Part shown: in pieces, positions 28,440 to 36,471 of the stretch
Layout of the letters: every line of letters starts with the position of its first letter
Numbering within the stretch: position 1 is the first letter of the stretch
IMG/VR virus record: IMGVR_UViG_3300049027_000115
Span: 1-54,930 of that record
DNA: 54,930 nt
Direction: 5' to 3' (one strand)
Source: a virus
Taxonomy: Duplodnaviria > Caudoviricetes
Notes under the pieces: generated by a model
What the model saw: the letters and a program-made list of their open reading frames with translations, nothing else
What the model was told of the DNA's origin: nothing
The model's database searches: none
Program-made: the position numbers and the translations under genes

Positions 28440-28597
28440 TTACTGTATGCTTTTAGGGTGTTTATACCCATACTTTCCGAGCTCTTCCTCGAACTTGTCC
28501 AGGTACTTCGCAGGTATCGCCCGAGCCCCGAAATAGATAGGAGTGGGTGATCTTTCAGCCAGGCGAGGATCCGTTCGCCGCGTTCTTTGTTTGCCAT
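28440..28597 (-). pseudogene. Internally deleted paralogue of the 26246-26611 HTH gene
   Basis: ILAWLKDHPLLSISGL continues in another frame as RAIPAKYLDKFEEELGKYGY, matching RLIPAKHIYSIVCYLADYG. Confidence 0.65.
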
Positions 28598-28678
28598 TCC
28601 GCAAAATTCAGGAAAAACCCTATGCGATTCAGGTTTTTTCCTTCAACCCGCTTGTATACTTTCGGCTAAAACAACACC

Positions 28679-28846
28679 ATGGCAACAATCGCAGATCGAC
28701 TGGCATCTACTCTGGCCTTATGCCTTTGGAGCTATTGTATCAAATTCGGCTTTGAAGATTCAAAAATTCCTGATTTTATATGGGAAGGTTTTGCATTGCT
28801 TGAGGAGTACAAGAGCGAAAAAGACGCTACTCAAACCCTTTCTTAA
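28679..28846 (+). CDS. Small hypothetical protein (55 aa; not in the ORF track)
   Basis: MATIADRLASTLALCLWSYCIKFGF...; TACTTTCG promoter-like site and AAAACAACACC leader. Confidence 0.5.
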   Translation: MATIADRLASTLALCLWSYCIKFGFEDSKIPDFIWEGFALLEEYKSEKDATQTLS

Positions 28847-29063
28847 AGAACTCTGCCGGCGTCACGCCGAGGGCGTCCAGAATCTTCAGCAGGGTGGTAT
28901 ATTGGAGGTCCGCTTCGCCGCGTTCATAGCGCCCCCATTGTGAGCGATCGATGCCTTTCTCGTAAGCAAATATATCCGCATTACCATATCCAGCCTGCTT
29001 TCTCATTTCCCGCAAGCGGGCTCCGAGAACTTTCAAAGGATCATCTGTTTTTCTGCCTTTCAT
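28827..29063 (-). CDS. XRE-family HTH regulator
   Basis: LGARLREMRK..GIDRSQWGRYERGE..TLLKILDALGV. Confidence 0.9.
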   Translation of the reverse strand: MKGRKTDDPLKVLGARLREMRKQAGYGNADIFAYEKGIDRSQWGRYERGEADLQYTTLLKILDALGVTPAEFFKKGFE

Positions 29064-29100
29064 TTCCGCAAGTTCCTGAAAGACAGCGTAAAAGCATACT

Positions 29101-29127
29101 GCTAATAAGCACGCGGCTAATTAGCCG
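29101..29127. promoter_or_regulatory. Tandem operator GCTAAT(A/T)AGC upstream of the XRE gene
   Basis: GCTAATAAGC (29101-29110) and perfect palindrome CGGCTAATTAGCCG (29114-29127). Confidence 0.55.
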
Positions 29128-29310
29128 TTTTTCCGTACCTTACAATTGGATATGGGCGAGGTACCCTCGATTAGTAGCACCAGATTTACTCTGCCCCACA
29201 TAAAACTTTTTTTGCTATAGGTGCCTATTGGGTGCCTCCTCGCCGGTAGTCCTGCCGGTGAGCTTCCTAAAACACCTTTCCGCATGATTGAGCTTTTGGT
29301 ATTGTGGGTC

Positions 29311-29454
29311 ATGTTCCGGTTTATCCTGGCGATAGTAGTAGGGCTCGCTGCCTTTTCCTACCTGGTGGCGGAGCGAAACTGGCCGGAGCCGCCGGCAGTT
29401 GTGGTGTGGTTACTCATTTCCCTTCTTCTTCTTTGGCTCTTCTTTTTTGTATAG
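29311..29454 (+). CDS. Small two-TM membrane protein
   Basis: MFRFILAIVVGLAAFSYLV..VVWLLISLLLLWLFFFV. Confidence 0.5.
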   Translation: MFRFILAIVVGLAAFSYLVAERNWPEPPAVVVWLLISLLLLWLFFFV

Positions 29455-29712
29455 TGGGTCGTTTTCGATAAGAGCTCGCATTTGCTTCACTGTAATACCG
29501 AAGTGCACAGCCATATTCGTGATTTCCTCCGCTGAGAAGTTGAGCCCGGTCTTCCGGATAGTTGCCATTCGAACAGGAGATATACCTGCAGATGCAGCAA
29601 CGGCAGAGACGCCGGCTAACCGGGGCTGCAGGATCTGTGTGAAGGTAGTAATGTCGCCTGCATTCACCAGGACGCGAACAGCAGACTGGTAATCGATTCG
29701 CTTATTGGGCAT
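29410..29712 (-). CDS. Cro/C1-type HTH protein divergent from the integrase
   Basis: VSAVAASAGISPVRM..FSAEEITNMAVHFGI. Confidence 0.7.
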   Translation of the reverse strand: MPNKRIDYQSAVRVLVNAGDITTFTQILQPRLAGVSAVAASAGISPVRMATIRKTGLNFSAEEITNMAVHFGITVKQMRALIENDPLYKKEEPKKKKGNE

Positions 29713-29753
29713 GCAGCAAAGGTAGCAATCGGATAATTTATTAACTTAGAAAA

Positions 29754-31313
29754 ATGACAACAGCGTTTGGGTATATGCGCCTTTCAGGCGAGGACCAATC
29801 CTTCTATTCCACCGAGTTTCAGGAGGCGGGCATTCGTGAGTATTGTAAGCGACATGGTATTGAGCTGAAACAAATCTTGCTGGATAATGGAGAGAGCTCC
29901 TATACTTTTGAACGCAAAGCCTTCAAAGACATGGAGGCGCTTTTTAAAAAGCACAAGGCAGATTATCTTATAGTCTACCACCTGGATCGATTTGGCCGAA
30001 ACATGGCCGAGGCAATGCTGAAGGTAAAGTACTTCCTTGATAAAGGGATCAAGGTCCGCGATATAAGTGAGCCTTTGGATATGGATGATACGGACATGAA
30101 CACGTTCATGATGCGTACCATGAAGTTCATGGCTGCTGAAACAGAATTGCACCGGATCCGGGCAAGAACTCAATCCGGTTTGCGCCAGGCAAAATTGAAC
30201 GGCAGGTTTGCGGGCGCCGCTCCTTATGGCTACCGCAATGGCAGAGACGAAGAAAGCAAAAGTGTGCTGATAGTTGAAGAGGAAGAAGCAACCATCGTAA
30301 GAAAAATTTTTCAACTATACATTGCTGGCGCTACAGTTGAAACGATCAGGAAGATCGTTAAGGAAAAAGGGTTCAAGAAAACTGGAACCTCCACCATACA
30401 ACGTATGCTGGCCAATCCTGTATATGCCGGCCTCGTTCATGTGCCAGGAATAAAAAATAGTCCAGCGCAGACAGTAAAAGGAATTCACACCGCGCTGGTG
30501 ACAGAATACGATTATTATCATGTGCAGGAAAAATTAAATCGAAAGACTGTCATCACCCAAAACCGGGAAGAGGTTCCTTTGCGGGGTGTATTAAGATGCA
30601 CATGCGGAGCATTGATGACAGCCGGCAATTCCAGAAATAAGGTGGGCAATTATTTTTGGTATTATGTATGCCGGAAAGGGCACAAGGTGAATCTTTCTGC
30701 TATTAAAATATACAAACAGTTTATTGAACTACTGCAGGCGCTTTCGCTTAAAGAGCGCGAGGTCCAACAAATTCGCATTAAGCTGACAGAAAAAATGCAG
30801 GGCTTTTTGAGCAACCATGAATCCAAAGAGAAAGAGATCCGCAAACGTCTTTCTATAGTCGAAAACAAAATACAGACAGCGGAAGAGCGATATCTCACTG
30901 GGATTGGCAGCGAGAAAGCTTATCACAAAGTGATGACTGAGATGAAAACAGAGCGTGCGAGAATATATAACGAACTCGCCCAGGCAACTACTAACGCCAG
31001 TGTATATTGGGAGCGGCTGGAAGTTGTTTTAAACACATTGGAAAATGTCGCTGAGGTATTCGAAAAATTCTCGTTAGAAAAAAAACATCAGTTCATAAAC
31101 CAGGTGTTCAACCACTCTCTTAACCACGATGGTGCTATCTATCGAACACAAAAATTGCACGAAGTTTTTCGGCATAAGACAAACGAACTCAAAGAAAAAG
31201 GGCTGCTCCATGTGGACAGCCCTGTAGTTGATTTGAGAAGTACTCTCGTGAGTACCGGGGACGAGAGCCCAATCGAACTCATAGACAGACTTTATAAGGT
31301 GCTGGCAGGGTAA
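29754..31313 (+). CDS. int: Large serine recombinase (integrase)
   Basis: GYMRLS catalytic Ser, DRFGRN, APYGY, NPVYAG, Zn ribbon CTCG..YYVC, coiled coil. Confidence 0.95.
   Translation: MTTAFGYMRLSGEDQSFYSTEFQEAGIREYCKRHGIELKQILLDNGESSYTFERKAFKDMEALFKKHKADYLIVYHLDRFGRNMAEAMLKVKYFLDKGIKVRDISEPLDMDDTDMNTFMMRTMKFMAAETELHRIRARTQSGLRQAKLNGRFAGAAPYGYRNGRDEESKSVLIVEEEEATIVRKIFQLYIAGATVETIRKIVKEKGFKKTGTSTIQRMLANPVYAGLVHVPGIKNSPAQTVKGIHTALVTEYDYYHVQEKLNRKTVITQNREEVPLRGVLRCTCGALMTAGNSRNKVGNYFWYYVCRKGHKVNLSAIKIYKQFIELLQALSLKEREVQQIRIKLTEKMQGFLSNHESKEKEIRKRLSIVENKIQTAEERYLTGIGSEKAYHKVMTEMKTERARIYNELAQATTNASVYWERLEVVLNTLENVAEVFEKFSLEKKHQFINQVFNHSLNHDGAIYRTQKLHEVFRHKTNELKEKGLLHVDSPVVDLRSTLVSTGDESPIELIDRLYKVLAG
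31228..31280. other. Candidate attP inside the 3' end of the integrase gene
   Basis: Inverted repeat CTCTCGT-N11-ACGAGAG with imperfect outer arms GTTGATTTG/CCAATCGAAC. Confidence 0.4.
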
Positions 31314-31374
31314 AAAAAGAAAAAAGGACCTGATTTCTCAATTCCTTTTCAAGATTTTTTCGGCCTTCTGGATC

Positions 31375-31578
31375 TCACTTCATCCCGATGTCCTTCTTAA
31401 CGCCCGCCAGGTCTTCCGGAGGAACACCATTCTTTTCACACAACTTCAACAGCAGGAAAATGATGGTCTGCTGGTTCCGGATCTTCTTGTCCGATTTCGT
31501 GGCATAGTTGATGATCAGGTACCAGATGAGGATGCCGGCAGCGCCCAGCATGATGTAGGTTAAGATTTGTTCGTTCAT
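31375..31578 (-). CDS. Small membrane protein (moron)
   Basis: N-terminal TM helix; same strand as the repressor. Confidence 0.7.
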   Translation of the reverse strand: MNEQILTYIMLGAAGILIWYLIINYATKSDKKIRNQQTIIFLLLKLCEKNGVPPEDLAGVKKDIGMK

Positions 31579-31644
31579 ATTGTCAAAGGTTTAATAAATA
31601 GTAAATACTAGCTTCTGCCGATGTCAACCGGAGCTCATAGTTTC

Positions 31645-32109
31645 TTATTCCTTTTTTGCGAAGAGGCGATCTAACATTTTTCGTGTGAGTCCGAAATTTG
31701 CTCCATTCCGCAGCATGACGAAATTAATGCCGGTAAACCCGGCATGCTTCCTGGTGACAACCTCAATATTCTCTTCCCCAAGTTTGAAGGATATCTTACT
31801 CATTTTCTCTGCATCAATGGCGGATTTCAGCAATGAATAAAGTGTATCTAATATGCCGAACTCCGCTTTGAATTCTATACTTTGAATGTCATTAATATGC
31901 TGGTATTGCAGATTCTTGAATTGTAATAGGTAAAGCGTGTCCCCATTATGAATTGAATATTCCAGTTTAGCAACAAAAGCACCTCCACTTTTTGCCTCAC
32001 CGATGAGCTTCCAATCTGTGCTTGGATCGCTTTTCTGCAATTGACAGTTAGCGGTTATTGAAACAAACAAAAGAATGAGAAGAGAAATTAATTTCATGTG
32101 AATATTCAT
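31645..32109 (-). CDS. Exported protein (moron)
   Basis: Signal MKLISLLILLFVSITANC|Q; two DTL sequons. Confidence 0.75.
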   Translation of the reverse strand: MNIHMKLISLLILLFVSITANCQLQKSDPSTDWKLIGEAKSGGAFVAKLEYSIHNGDTLYLLQFKNLQYQHINDIQSIEFKAEFGILDTLYSLLKSAIDAEKMSKISFKLGEENIEVVTRKHAGFTGINFVMLRNGANFGLTRKMLDRLFAKKE

Positions 32110-32543
32110 TTACGATTTGCTCTTACGAAATCAATGAACTTTTTAAGATATCGGCGGGTATCTCCATTCGCTTCCCAATTAGTGATGATAGGAATGCCGT
32201 ACTCAGGATTGTTACCTGACTTTGTATAAACAATTACGTTGTATTTGTCGCCATATGCTTGTCTGTCCATAGTAACATTTATAGAAGTTAGGCCAGCAGT
32301 CCATTCCATTGAATAAAATTTATTGTACTTCACCTTCTCCATACGAACAGCAATACCTTCCAAGAAGGTTATAATGGAATCTACCTTTAGTGCATCCATT
32401 GGAATGAAACCTTTTTCGAGATGGGAAATTCCTACAGTGTCTGCGTATAGAATGGGAGCTTTCAGCTCCGGGTCAACTATTGCATATTTTTGTGCAATAC
32501 AAACAGCAGGCAAAAAGGAGAGTATTATTAGGAGTATTTTCAT
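32106..32543 (-). CDS. Exported protein (moron)
   Basis: Signal MKILLIILSFLPAVCIA|Q; DTV and DSI sequons. Confidence 0.75.
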   Translation of the reverse strand: MKILLIILSFLPAVCIAQKYAIVDPELKAPILYADTVGISHLEKGFIPMDALKVDSIITFLEGIAVRMEKVKYNKFYSMEWTAGLTSINVTMDRQAYGDKYNVIVYTKSGNNPEYGIPIITNWEANGDTRRYLKKFIDFVRANRK

Positions 32544-32551
32544 GTTATCGT

Positions 32552-32989
32552 TTATTTTGAAAAAGTAATAGGGCCGAATTCTTTCGCAATATCAACAAGT
32601 TCGTCCCACGACTTCCTGAGAGGGCTGTTTTTTGATCCACCATAGTATGTTGGATCAAATGTTCGAGCCGTTGTAACTCCATAAAGGCTTAGATGGATAT
32701 CTAAGGCATGTGTTCCTGTAAAGACCATACAGGTATCTTTTATAGAAATTCTTAATTTTGTTGAAACACTCTGTTTTGGATGCGACTTTTCCCCAGTAGA
32801 AATCAATTTTAAAGAATCGTTTTTGTGTTCAATTGTATATCCTTTTTCAAATAAAATAACAGCAAGTTTATTCATCATGGTGTTAGCTGAATCAGTTATG
32901 TGAACTATTACTTTGGTGGCTTTCTTTGGTGGAGTTTGTGATAAAGAAAACAATGGTAGTAAGAGAAAGAATACAGTTATCAGTTTCAT
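32552..32989 (-). CDS. Exported protein (moron)
   Basis: Signal MKLITVFFLLLPLFSLS|Q; DSA and DSL sequons. Confidence 0.75.
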   Translation of the reverse strand: MKLITVFFLLLPLFSLSQTPPKKATKVIVHITDSANTMMNKLAVILFEKGYTIEHKNDSLKLISTGEKSHPKQSVSTKLRISIKDTCMVFTGTHALDIHLSLYGVTTARTFDPTYYGGSKNSPLRKSWDELVDIAKEFGPITFSK

Positions 32990-33116
32990 GCTGAAGGTTT
33001 AATTATTAATCTTGATTGAGGTCAAGATGAGAGAATATATTTTTATAGTGAAATTTGCACGTAATATTTTCGCTACAGAAAACTACTTATCACGTTAGAA
33101 ATGTTTTTGTTCAGTT

Positions 33117-33132
33117 CTACGGATATCCGTAG
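33117..33132. promoter_or_regulatory. Perfect palindrome CTACGGATATCCGTAG
   Basis: Same TACGG-N4-CCGTA core occurs at 26154-26167. Confidence 0.5.
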
Positions 33133-33304
33133 TTTTAGTTTCTGATCACTTGAATACGAATTCCCTTTCGAGTTACGGCTCCTAGTTGAACTTCTGCTCC
33201 ATATCCTGCACCAGCCTACACTACCGGCTTGAACCCATCGTGACAACTGTCAACATTTATTGTAAAAACCGTAAACCTGTGTCTAATGCAGAACGATTGC
33301 TCTT

Positions 33305-33907
33305 TTACTTGCGAAAACTGTCCACTTCCTCATTGTCTTTATTCTGCTCTTCCAAAAGCTTCGAAATTTCACGAGTGCCCGCTTCTACGATTAAGTCGTT
33401 TTCTGAGGGGCGTTTCTCTATCCGGGCCAGTGACATTAAAATGGTCTCATGATATGCTCGGTCATGCCTTGATAACGAAGATAACAACTGTTGCATTGCC
33501 ACTAAATTGAGATCAATTACTTTTTGCAGTTGCTTCTTATCATCTTCCAGCTTTTTTTTATCGGATTTCAGAGCATCGACATATTCCTGGGCGGTTAATT
33601 TAATTGGACCGCTCAGGAATATGTCATCCTTATGAGTGTTATCATTCCCTTTGTTGTCATTAAGTTGAATGGGTGTTTCATGTGGAACTTTGTCCAAATT
33701 CTCTTTGGCAGTTCCTTCTTGTTTTCTTAGCCATTCAACAATAGTCGCATGATCCTCAGATTTGGGATTCGTTCCAACCGACCGCCATTTGTAGACGCGA
33801 TCCCGCGGGATCTTAGTCTCTTCTTCAAACTTCAGGACCGATATGTTTTTCGATTCTAAAACCTGGAAGAGCTTTACAACTAATTTGTTCTGCCTTTTTG
33901 CAGCCAT
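33305..33907 (-). CDS. CI-like immunity repressor (N-terminal HTH, coiled-coil C-terminus)
   Basis: ISVLKFEEETKIPRDRVYKW HTH; divergent from a Cro-like gene across tandem operators. Confidence 0.75.
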   Translation of the reverse strand: MAAKRQNKLVVKLFQVLESKNISVLKFEEETKIPRDRVYKWRSVGTNPKSEDHATIVEWLRKQEGTAKENLDKVPHETPIQLNDNKGNDNTHKDDIFLSGPIKLTAQEYVDALKSDKKKLEDDKKQLQKVIDLNLVAMQQLLSSLSRHDRAYHETILMSLARIEKRPSENDLIVEAGTREISKLLEEQNKDNEEVDSFRK

Positions 33908-33921
33908 GTTGCAATATTAAT

Positions 33922-33980
33922 TTGGAAAATAGTCCGAATAAATTTGGAAATAAGTACAAACGAATTGTATATTTGTCCAA
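33922..33980. promoter_or_regulatory. Three tandem 16-bp operators (TTGGA-N6-TCCAA consensus) overlapping the early promoter
   Basis: TTGGAAAATAGTCCGA 33922, TTGGAAATAAGTACAA 33944, TTGTATATTTGTCCAA 33965; TATATTTG -7 box at 33968. Confidence 0.8.
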
Positions 33981-34002
33981 CAATCGTCATAACGAATATA
34001 CA

Positions 34003-34236
34003 ATGAAAGTTTCAAAAGCGGCAATAACGGCAATTACAGAGGATAGGAAGATTCTATTTGCGGTTGCTCTTGCTCTGGAATTCACAGAACAATGGACTCG
34101 GAGGTTATTGGAAAAGAATAAGAATAATGGGCCATTAACTACAGCAAAAGCTCTTGAGGCCATCAGGAAGGAGACAGGGCTAAACGATGATCAGATACTG
34201 GAGCGTGAAGAGGTGGGAACTGAGGAGCAAAGCTAA
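34003..34236 (+). CDS. Cro-like regulator
   Basis: First rightward early gene; VALALEFTEQWTRRLL..LTTAKALEAIRKETGL; ATG at 34003. Confidence 0.75.
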   Translation: MKVSKAAITAITEDRKILFAVALALEFTEQWTRRLLEKNKNNGPLTTAKALEAIRKETGLNDDQILEREEVGTEEQS

Positions 34237-34305
34237 TTGCGAAAAGTCAATTGTGCAATACCGCAACTGTTAAAAAGTAAACCGACCATTTAAATAGTAC
34301 TTGTT

Positions 34306-34512
34306 ATGAAAAGTATCACCCGCATTGCTGTATTGAATTTCTGGACTCGCGAACTTAATTCAGGCCGAGAGACCTATAAAGATGAATGCGGGGAAAAGGA
34401 TTATACCTTGATGGGTGAGCACGCCGCAGAGCATTTTAGCGTAGAGAGTGAGCAGGGCAATTCTGAAATCGAACAGGACATTTTTCAGTGGACCACCGAG
34501 CTGATTTTTTAA
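34306..34512 (+). CDS. Hypothetical acidic protein
   Basis: 68-aa ORF in the early operon. Confidence 0.6.
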   Translation: MKSITRIAVLNFWTRELNSGRETYKDECGEKDYTLMGEHAAEHFSVESEQGNSEIEQDIFQWTTELIF

Positions 34513-34552
34513 CCGCCGCTAATCTGATTAACTAACTATTCAACCGCTACAA

Positions 34553-34765
34553 ATGCCCGCATACATGGAAAAATATATTGTCTATCACGGTGTAACTGTT
34601 TATAGAAGCGCTAACACACATCCCGGCGCTAAGACTAGATCTTTTGTTGTTCTATCTGCGGACGATAGAGTGGCAGGGAGATTCCGCTATATAGTTAACG
34701 ACATAAAATCTCTGGATGAAGCATTATGCAATGCATATAGAGCAATCCGAAACCTTAACCATTAA
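34553..34765 (+). CDS. Hypothetical protein flanked by 18-bp direct repeats
   Basis: ATTAACTAACTATTCAAC at 34527 and 34761. Confidence 0.65.
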   Translation: MPAYMEKYIVYHGVTVYRSANTHPGAKTRSFVVLSADDRVAGRFRYIVNDIKSLDEALCNAYRAIRNLNH

Positions 34766-34788
34766 CTAACTATTCAACTTAACCAATC

Positions 34789-34884
34789 ATGAAACAAATC
34801 AATTTCACACCAGCAAGAACTGTCGCCATCATCGTTGCTTTTCTTGCCCTGGTATTTTCGATCACAGCTATTCCTTTTATCTAA
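34789..34884 (+). CDS. 31-aa single-TM peptide (not in the track)
   Basis: MKQINFTPARTVAIIVAFLALVFSITAIPFI; typical leader; abuts the next ATG. Confidence 0.55.
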   Translation: MKQINFTPARTVAIIVAFLALVFSITAIPFI

Positions 34885-35010
34885 ATGCAAAGCTTTTCCA
34901 ACATACCACCTGAAGAACAACTGATCGACCTTATAGTCGATGCGTTGTTTGACCAGATAATGAATATGGAGGAAAAGACTATTCCTGAGCTCGTAAAGCA
35001 AACAGCATGA
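34885..35010 (+). CDS. 41-aa acidic peptide (not in the track)
   Basis: MQSFSNIPPEEQLIDLIVDALFDQ...; TAAATG junction upstream and ATGA overlap downstream. Confidence 0.55.
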   Translation: MQSFSNIPPEEQLIDLIVDALFDQIMNMEEKTIPELVKQTA

Positions 35011-35252
35011 AACTGATCACCTTCACCACACCGCTCGATGCTTCGCTGTACAGCTTCCTGTTACCAGGCTGCCAGGAGGTGAAGGTTACCTACAGTGTGT
35101 TGGAGGTCGAGGGGAAAGTTTCCTTCCATGACGTGGAAGAGATAGGAGCGAGACCGAAGCTGATGCTGCTGATCAACAACTGGCCGGCTGTCTACGACCA
35201 CGCACACAAAGCCGCGCTAAACAATTACCATTCACTTTTCGTAAACCCGTAA
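35007..35252 (+). CDS. Hypothetical protein
   Basis: 81 aa; ATGA overlap with the preceding peptide. Confidence 0.65.
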   Translation: MKLITFTTPLDASLYSFLLPGCQEVKVTYSVLEVEGKVSFHDVEEIGARPKLMLLINNWPAVYDHAHKAALNNYHSLFVNP

Positions 35253-35255
35253 CCC

Positions 35256-35477
35256 ATGGAACTGGCAATCTTATTCGCCTTATCGTACATCGTCTGTTTT
35301 TTAATTATCGGTTATACATTACTGTTATTGCACCAGTCACAAAATGAATATCCCAGTCATGTTACTCATCATCCTTGGCGCTTTCGCTTTCATCATGTTG
35401 ATGGCTGCGCTGATCCGCCGAAACAGAAGGAGCCGCTATACCGTGAGTTACAAAGGGAAGCTCTTGTACGACGGTAA
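35256..35477 (+). CDS. Hypothetical membrane protein (extent uncertain)
   Basis: N-terminal TM segment; the 3' part overlaps the 35344 ORF. Confidence 0.4.
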   Translation: MELAILFALSYIVCFLIIGYTLLLLHQSQNEYPSHVTHHPWRFRFHHVDGCADPPKQKEPLYRELQREALVRR

Positions 35478-35520
35478 ACCAGTGAAGCTGGACGATCACG
35501 AATTGATGATCAGCGAATGA
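35344..35520 (+). CDS. 58-aa membrane-anchored protein (not in the track)
   Basis: MNIPVMLLIILGAFAFIMLMAALIRRNRRSR: TM helix followed by a positive-inside cluster. Confidence 0.6.
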   Translation: MNIPVMLLIILGAFAFIMLMAALIRRNRRSRYTVSYKGKLLYDGKPVKLDDHELMISE

Positions 35521-36000
35521 TCTGGTACATACTCGCGTTCCTCTGGTTTCTGATGATGTTGGACCGTGGAGATAGAGGGATGCGCAACTTATAATTTCCG
35601 AAAAAAGCGTCAGCGGCCTGCTGACAATGTAGGGTTTAGGGTTGCCGGGTGCGGGTTTCGGGTTAAGTCCCGCCCCGGTTTTTAAAAAGATTTCATAGGG
35701 CACGCAATCGTATACCGGTGTGGTTCTTTCCAGGCGTGACCGGTTTTTAAGACATTCTTCCGAAAAAGCAACATCGTTTTGAATAGAGGATAAGGTAAAG
35801 GTTGAGGCTTTGGTAGCATTTTCATGGGTTAATGATTATTGGTTAATGGCCGGGAGAGATCCTGCTCCCGGTTTTTTCAGACTAAACGACTTCGGGGTAT
35901 TCCCGGGGATCATCATAGGACACTCCGCACCATTTGGTTGCGTGTGTGGTTCACAGTTAGTAAACCCCCGGCGTTGTTTCTACTCTGCTGGTTTCTTTGA
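35521..36000 (+). ncRNA. Candidate array of small RNAs, each ending in a GC hairpin with T tail
   Basis: Hairpins at 35645-35683, 35714-35748, 35848-35877 and 35963-35998, separated by G/T-rich segments; no credible CDS. Confidence 0.5.
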
Positions 36001-36029
36001 GCATTATTAAATCAAAATAAACTAAGTAC

Positions 36030-36158
36030 ATGAAAACAATGAATCCCGGCGCTCAGGCAGCGCAAACAAACGACGGCGCAGAACAGGCGAGTGAAGTAAA
36101 CGGTACTGAAGAAACTGCAACCGAAAACCAGGAAGGCGCAGGCTCACTGGTGGATTAA
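36030..36158 (+). CDS. 42-aa acidic low-complexity peptide (not in the track)
   Basis: MKTMNPGAQAAQTNDGAEQASEVNGTEETATENQEGAGSLVD; A-rich leader; terminator-like hairpin at 36168-36206. Confidence 0.6.
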   Translation: MKTMNPGAQAAQTNDGAEQASEVNGTEETATENQEGAGSLVD

Positions 36159-36219
36159 CAATTCATCGCCCCGGACGCTGTGAAGAGGTGGGCCGGGGCT
36201 TCTTTTAAAATTATTCAAA

Positions 36220-36456
36220 ATGCAGATCAATAAAGTTTTCAAATCAGGTGAATGCGAAATGGATGTGTGGGTCGAGTACAATGCCGGAACGAACACGGTG
36301 GATAGTATTCTCTCTGTAGGATTCACCTGGTGCGGCCTTACTGTGGACGCCTCGGATATGATGATGAAATATTTTGAGCCCTGCCTGAATAAATTGATCG
36401 ATGAGACTGATTGGAGGGAAGTGGCGTGTGATGAAGTTATAAACGAAGTATTCTAA
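36220..36456 (+). CDS. Hypothetical acidic protein
   Basis: 78 aa; upstream of the recombination genes. Confidence 0.65.
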   Translation: MQINKVFKSGECEMDVWVEYNAGTNTVDSILSVGFTWCGLTVDASDMMMKYFEPCLNKLIDETDWREVACDEVINEVF

Positions 36457-36471
36457 AATCAATTATAGAAA

